From Bacteroidota bacterium (GTDB taxonomy: Bacteria > Bacteroidota > Bacteroidia > Bacteroidales > GCA-2711565), in contig JAHIVC010000030.1 of NCBI GenBank assembly GCA_018816945.1, forward strand, positions 13,053 to 77,052: a stretch of DNA of 64,000 nt, read 5' to 3'. The notes under the pieces are model-generated. The model saw only the letters and a list, made by a program, of their open reading frames with translations. It searched no databases and was not told the origin of the DNA. Made by a program: the position numbers and the translations under genes. Shown piece by piece: positions 62,654-64,000 of this stretch. Each line of letters begins with the position of its first letter. Position 1 is the first letter of the stretch.

Positions 62654-64000
62654 ATGAAAAAATCAATAATCTTCTTAAGCATCTTTATTATTTCAACGAT
62701 TGTAATGAATGCTCAAAATGTAGCTCAAACAGGTAAAAAAGTTAAAGATCAAAAAGTGTCTTCGGATTATGACCGAAACTCAATGACCTTTTATTATCTG
62801 GATTTTAATGAAAATCACAGCGATTTGGTAAAACAAAAATTTTCGTCATTTGTAGTACCTGATAAATTCTATGATAATACTTTGGATGTAAAAATCCTGA
62901 AAGTGCTAAAAGACAGAGCTTCAATAACCACCACTTCGGTATTTGCGAAACAAATTAACACGGCCAGTCTGGATGATGTGTTAACTGAAAACAAAACCGG
63001 ACAAAAATTGATTTCGAAATGGTTTAGCCGCACCAATGGACAGTTTGGCGTTGACCTGCTAAAAGAAAGAGGAATGTATAATGCTACTGATGCAGATTAT
63101 GTGGTTGCTCAGGCATCGAAGAGGGGCAAGGCAGCATTGATGGATATGGGAATGAACCTGGTAGATAAATCGTTTGTTTTGATGTTTGATTTTTCAAATG
63201 TCATGACCATGAATGAATACTATGAAAAGAACAAAACAGAAGCTAAGAACCGCACCAGCAATGGTTTTATGGCCGATGTTACAGGGTACTTGTATAAACT
63301 GGATTTTAACGATTCTGTCGCTGCGGTATTTTTTCAGGATTATTGGATTGGTGAAAATGACCCAAATCGTGAATCAAAAATAAAAGCTTTCGAATCAACT
63401 TCTTTCCCGCTGAAGTTGGTATCCACTTTCACACAGCCGCTTTCTGCATCTCAATTCAATCCCGGACAAAAGCTGGCCCCTAAAACACAAAAAAGCAGCG
63501 ATCAACTTATGCAGGATTTGGTGAATTCAGGAATGAATGGGATCATCACGAAAATAGAGAATAAGTTCGATGAATTCAGGGTAAAAGCATTTGTAACCGG
63601 AGTGAGGCCCATCACCTCGAAAATTGGAAGAAAGGAAGGTTTGAAGTTTGATCAGCGATATTTTGTATACGAAAATATTCAAACCAATAGTGGCGAAACT
63701 ATTACAAAAAGAAAAGGTGTTGTTAAGGCAATAAAAATTTCGGATAATAGAGACATCACCAGTGGCGAAACCCAACCCTCTCAATTCTATCAAACCTCAG
63801 GATGGAAAATTGATAATTACGGAATGTTCATGGAACAAAAAAATGCAGTAGGAATCAACCTCTTTCTAGGATTGACCAATACAGAATTTACCGGTTTTGC
63901 AGGTCGTGCCGAGTTTTATATATCAACACTGATTTATGAAGGAGCGGTGAAGAAAGGCAGATCAGGCTTGCTAAGTTCGCTTCATCTCTATATAGAGGGA
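62654..64000 (+). CDS. hypothetical secreted protein, N-terminal 449 codons (runs off window end)
   Basis: Own translation from ATG 62654: MKKSIIFLSIFIISTIVMNAQNVAQTGKK... (signal peptide). Frame open to base 64000; absent from the ORF track because no stop lies in the window. Confidence 0.7.
   Translation, partial: MKKSIIFLSIFIISTIVMNAQNVAQTGKKVKDQKVSSDYDRNSMTFYYLDFNENHSDLVKQKFSSFVVPDKFYDNTLDVKILKVLKDRASITTTSVFAKQINTASLDDVLTENKTGQKLISKWFSRTNGQFGVDLLKERGMYNATDADYVVAQASKRGKAALMDMGMNLVDKSFVLMFDFSNVMTMNEYYEKNKTEAKNRTSNGFMADVTGYLYKLDFNDSVAAVFFQDYWIGENDPNRESKIKAFESTSFPLKLVSTFTQPLSASQFNPGQKLAPKTQKSSDQLMQDLVNSGMNGIITKIENKFDEFRVKAFVTGVRPITSKIGRKEGLKFDQRYFVYENIQTNSGETITKRKGVVKAIKISDNRDITSGETQPSQFYQTSGWKIDNYGMFMEQKNAVGINLFLGLTNTEFTGFAGRAEFYISTLIYEGAVKKGRSGLLSSLHLYIEG

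Noticed and set aside
1-64000. Prophage, IS/transposon, integrative element or defence island
   Set aside because: No integrase, transposase, phage structural, restriction-modification, toxin-antitoxin or cas-like ORF was recognisable. The only mobility hints are the non-coding scars near ssrA and the repeat-flanked four-helix-bundle gene.

Overview
AT-rich Bacteroidota-type chromosomal segment. Taxon clues are a UpxY-family antiterminator, a TTTG-N19-TAnnTTTG promoter and a tmRNA with tag GDNNYAIAA. About 94% of the window (1 to ~60.2 kb) is one co-directional minus-strand surface-glycan locus of ~58 tightly packed genes, many overlapping by 1-8 nt. In transcription order it contains: upxY; a Wza-like SLBB exporter; a four-helix-bundle gene embedded in 7-nt-periodic GTGAC/GTCAC arrays; a Wzz-like protein; a patchwork of short tandem repeats plus a twice-frameshifted gene; an MsbA-type ABC exporter; an NDP-heptose module (gmhA, gmhB, transaldolase, reversed-order nucleotidyltransferase-kinase, 2 SDRs); a WbpA/WbpB-like pair; a Nudix hydrolase; two DegT aminotransferases; a ThDP E1 alpha/beta pair; a 3 x 91-bp structured tandem repeat; a Leg/Neu-type nonulosonic acid module (neuB, neuC, CMP-synthetase, ptm-like oxidoreductases) fused to an ACP/KASIII/ketoreductase/acyl-ligase cassette; a Pse-type module (pseB, DegT, GNAT, second NeuB-type synthase, SpsF-type cytidylyltransferases) with an amidotransferase-amidase pair; and a very AT-rich distal block (GT2, GT4, methyltransferases, kinase). 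To the right of the locus lie an HTH regulator, a small ORF bracketed by two 50-bp palindromes, ssrA (tmRNA) with a nearby duplicate of its 3' end, and a partial secreted protein. I saw no IS, integrase, CRISPR, tRNA or rRNA. All functional calls come from motif recognition by eye on the supplied translations. No database search was run, so family names are hypotheses of graded confidence. The signals I consider most novel are non-coding: the 91-bp hairpin array with compensatory changes, and the GTGAC word arrays around the four-helix-bundle gene. Among coding features, the most unusual are the E1 alpha/beta pair, the acyl-ACP cassette, the amidase partner of the amidotransferase, and a sugar dehydrogenase homologue lacking its catalytic Cys.
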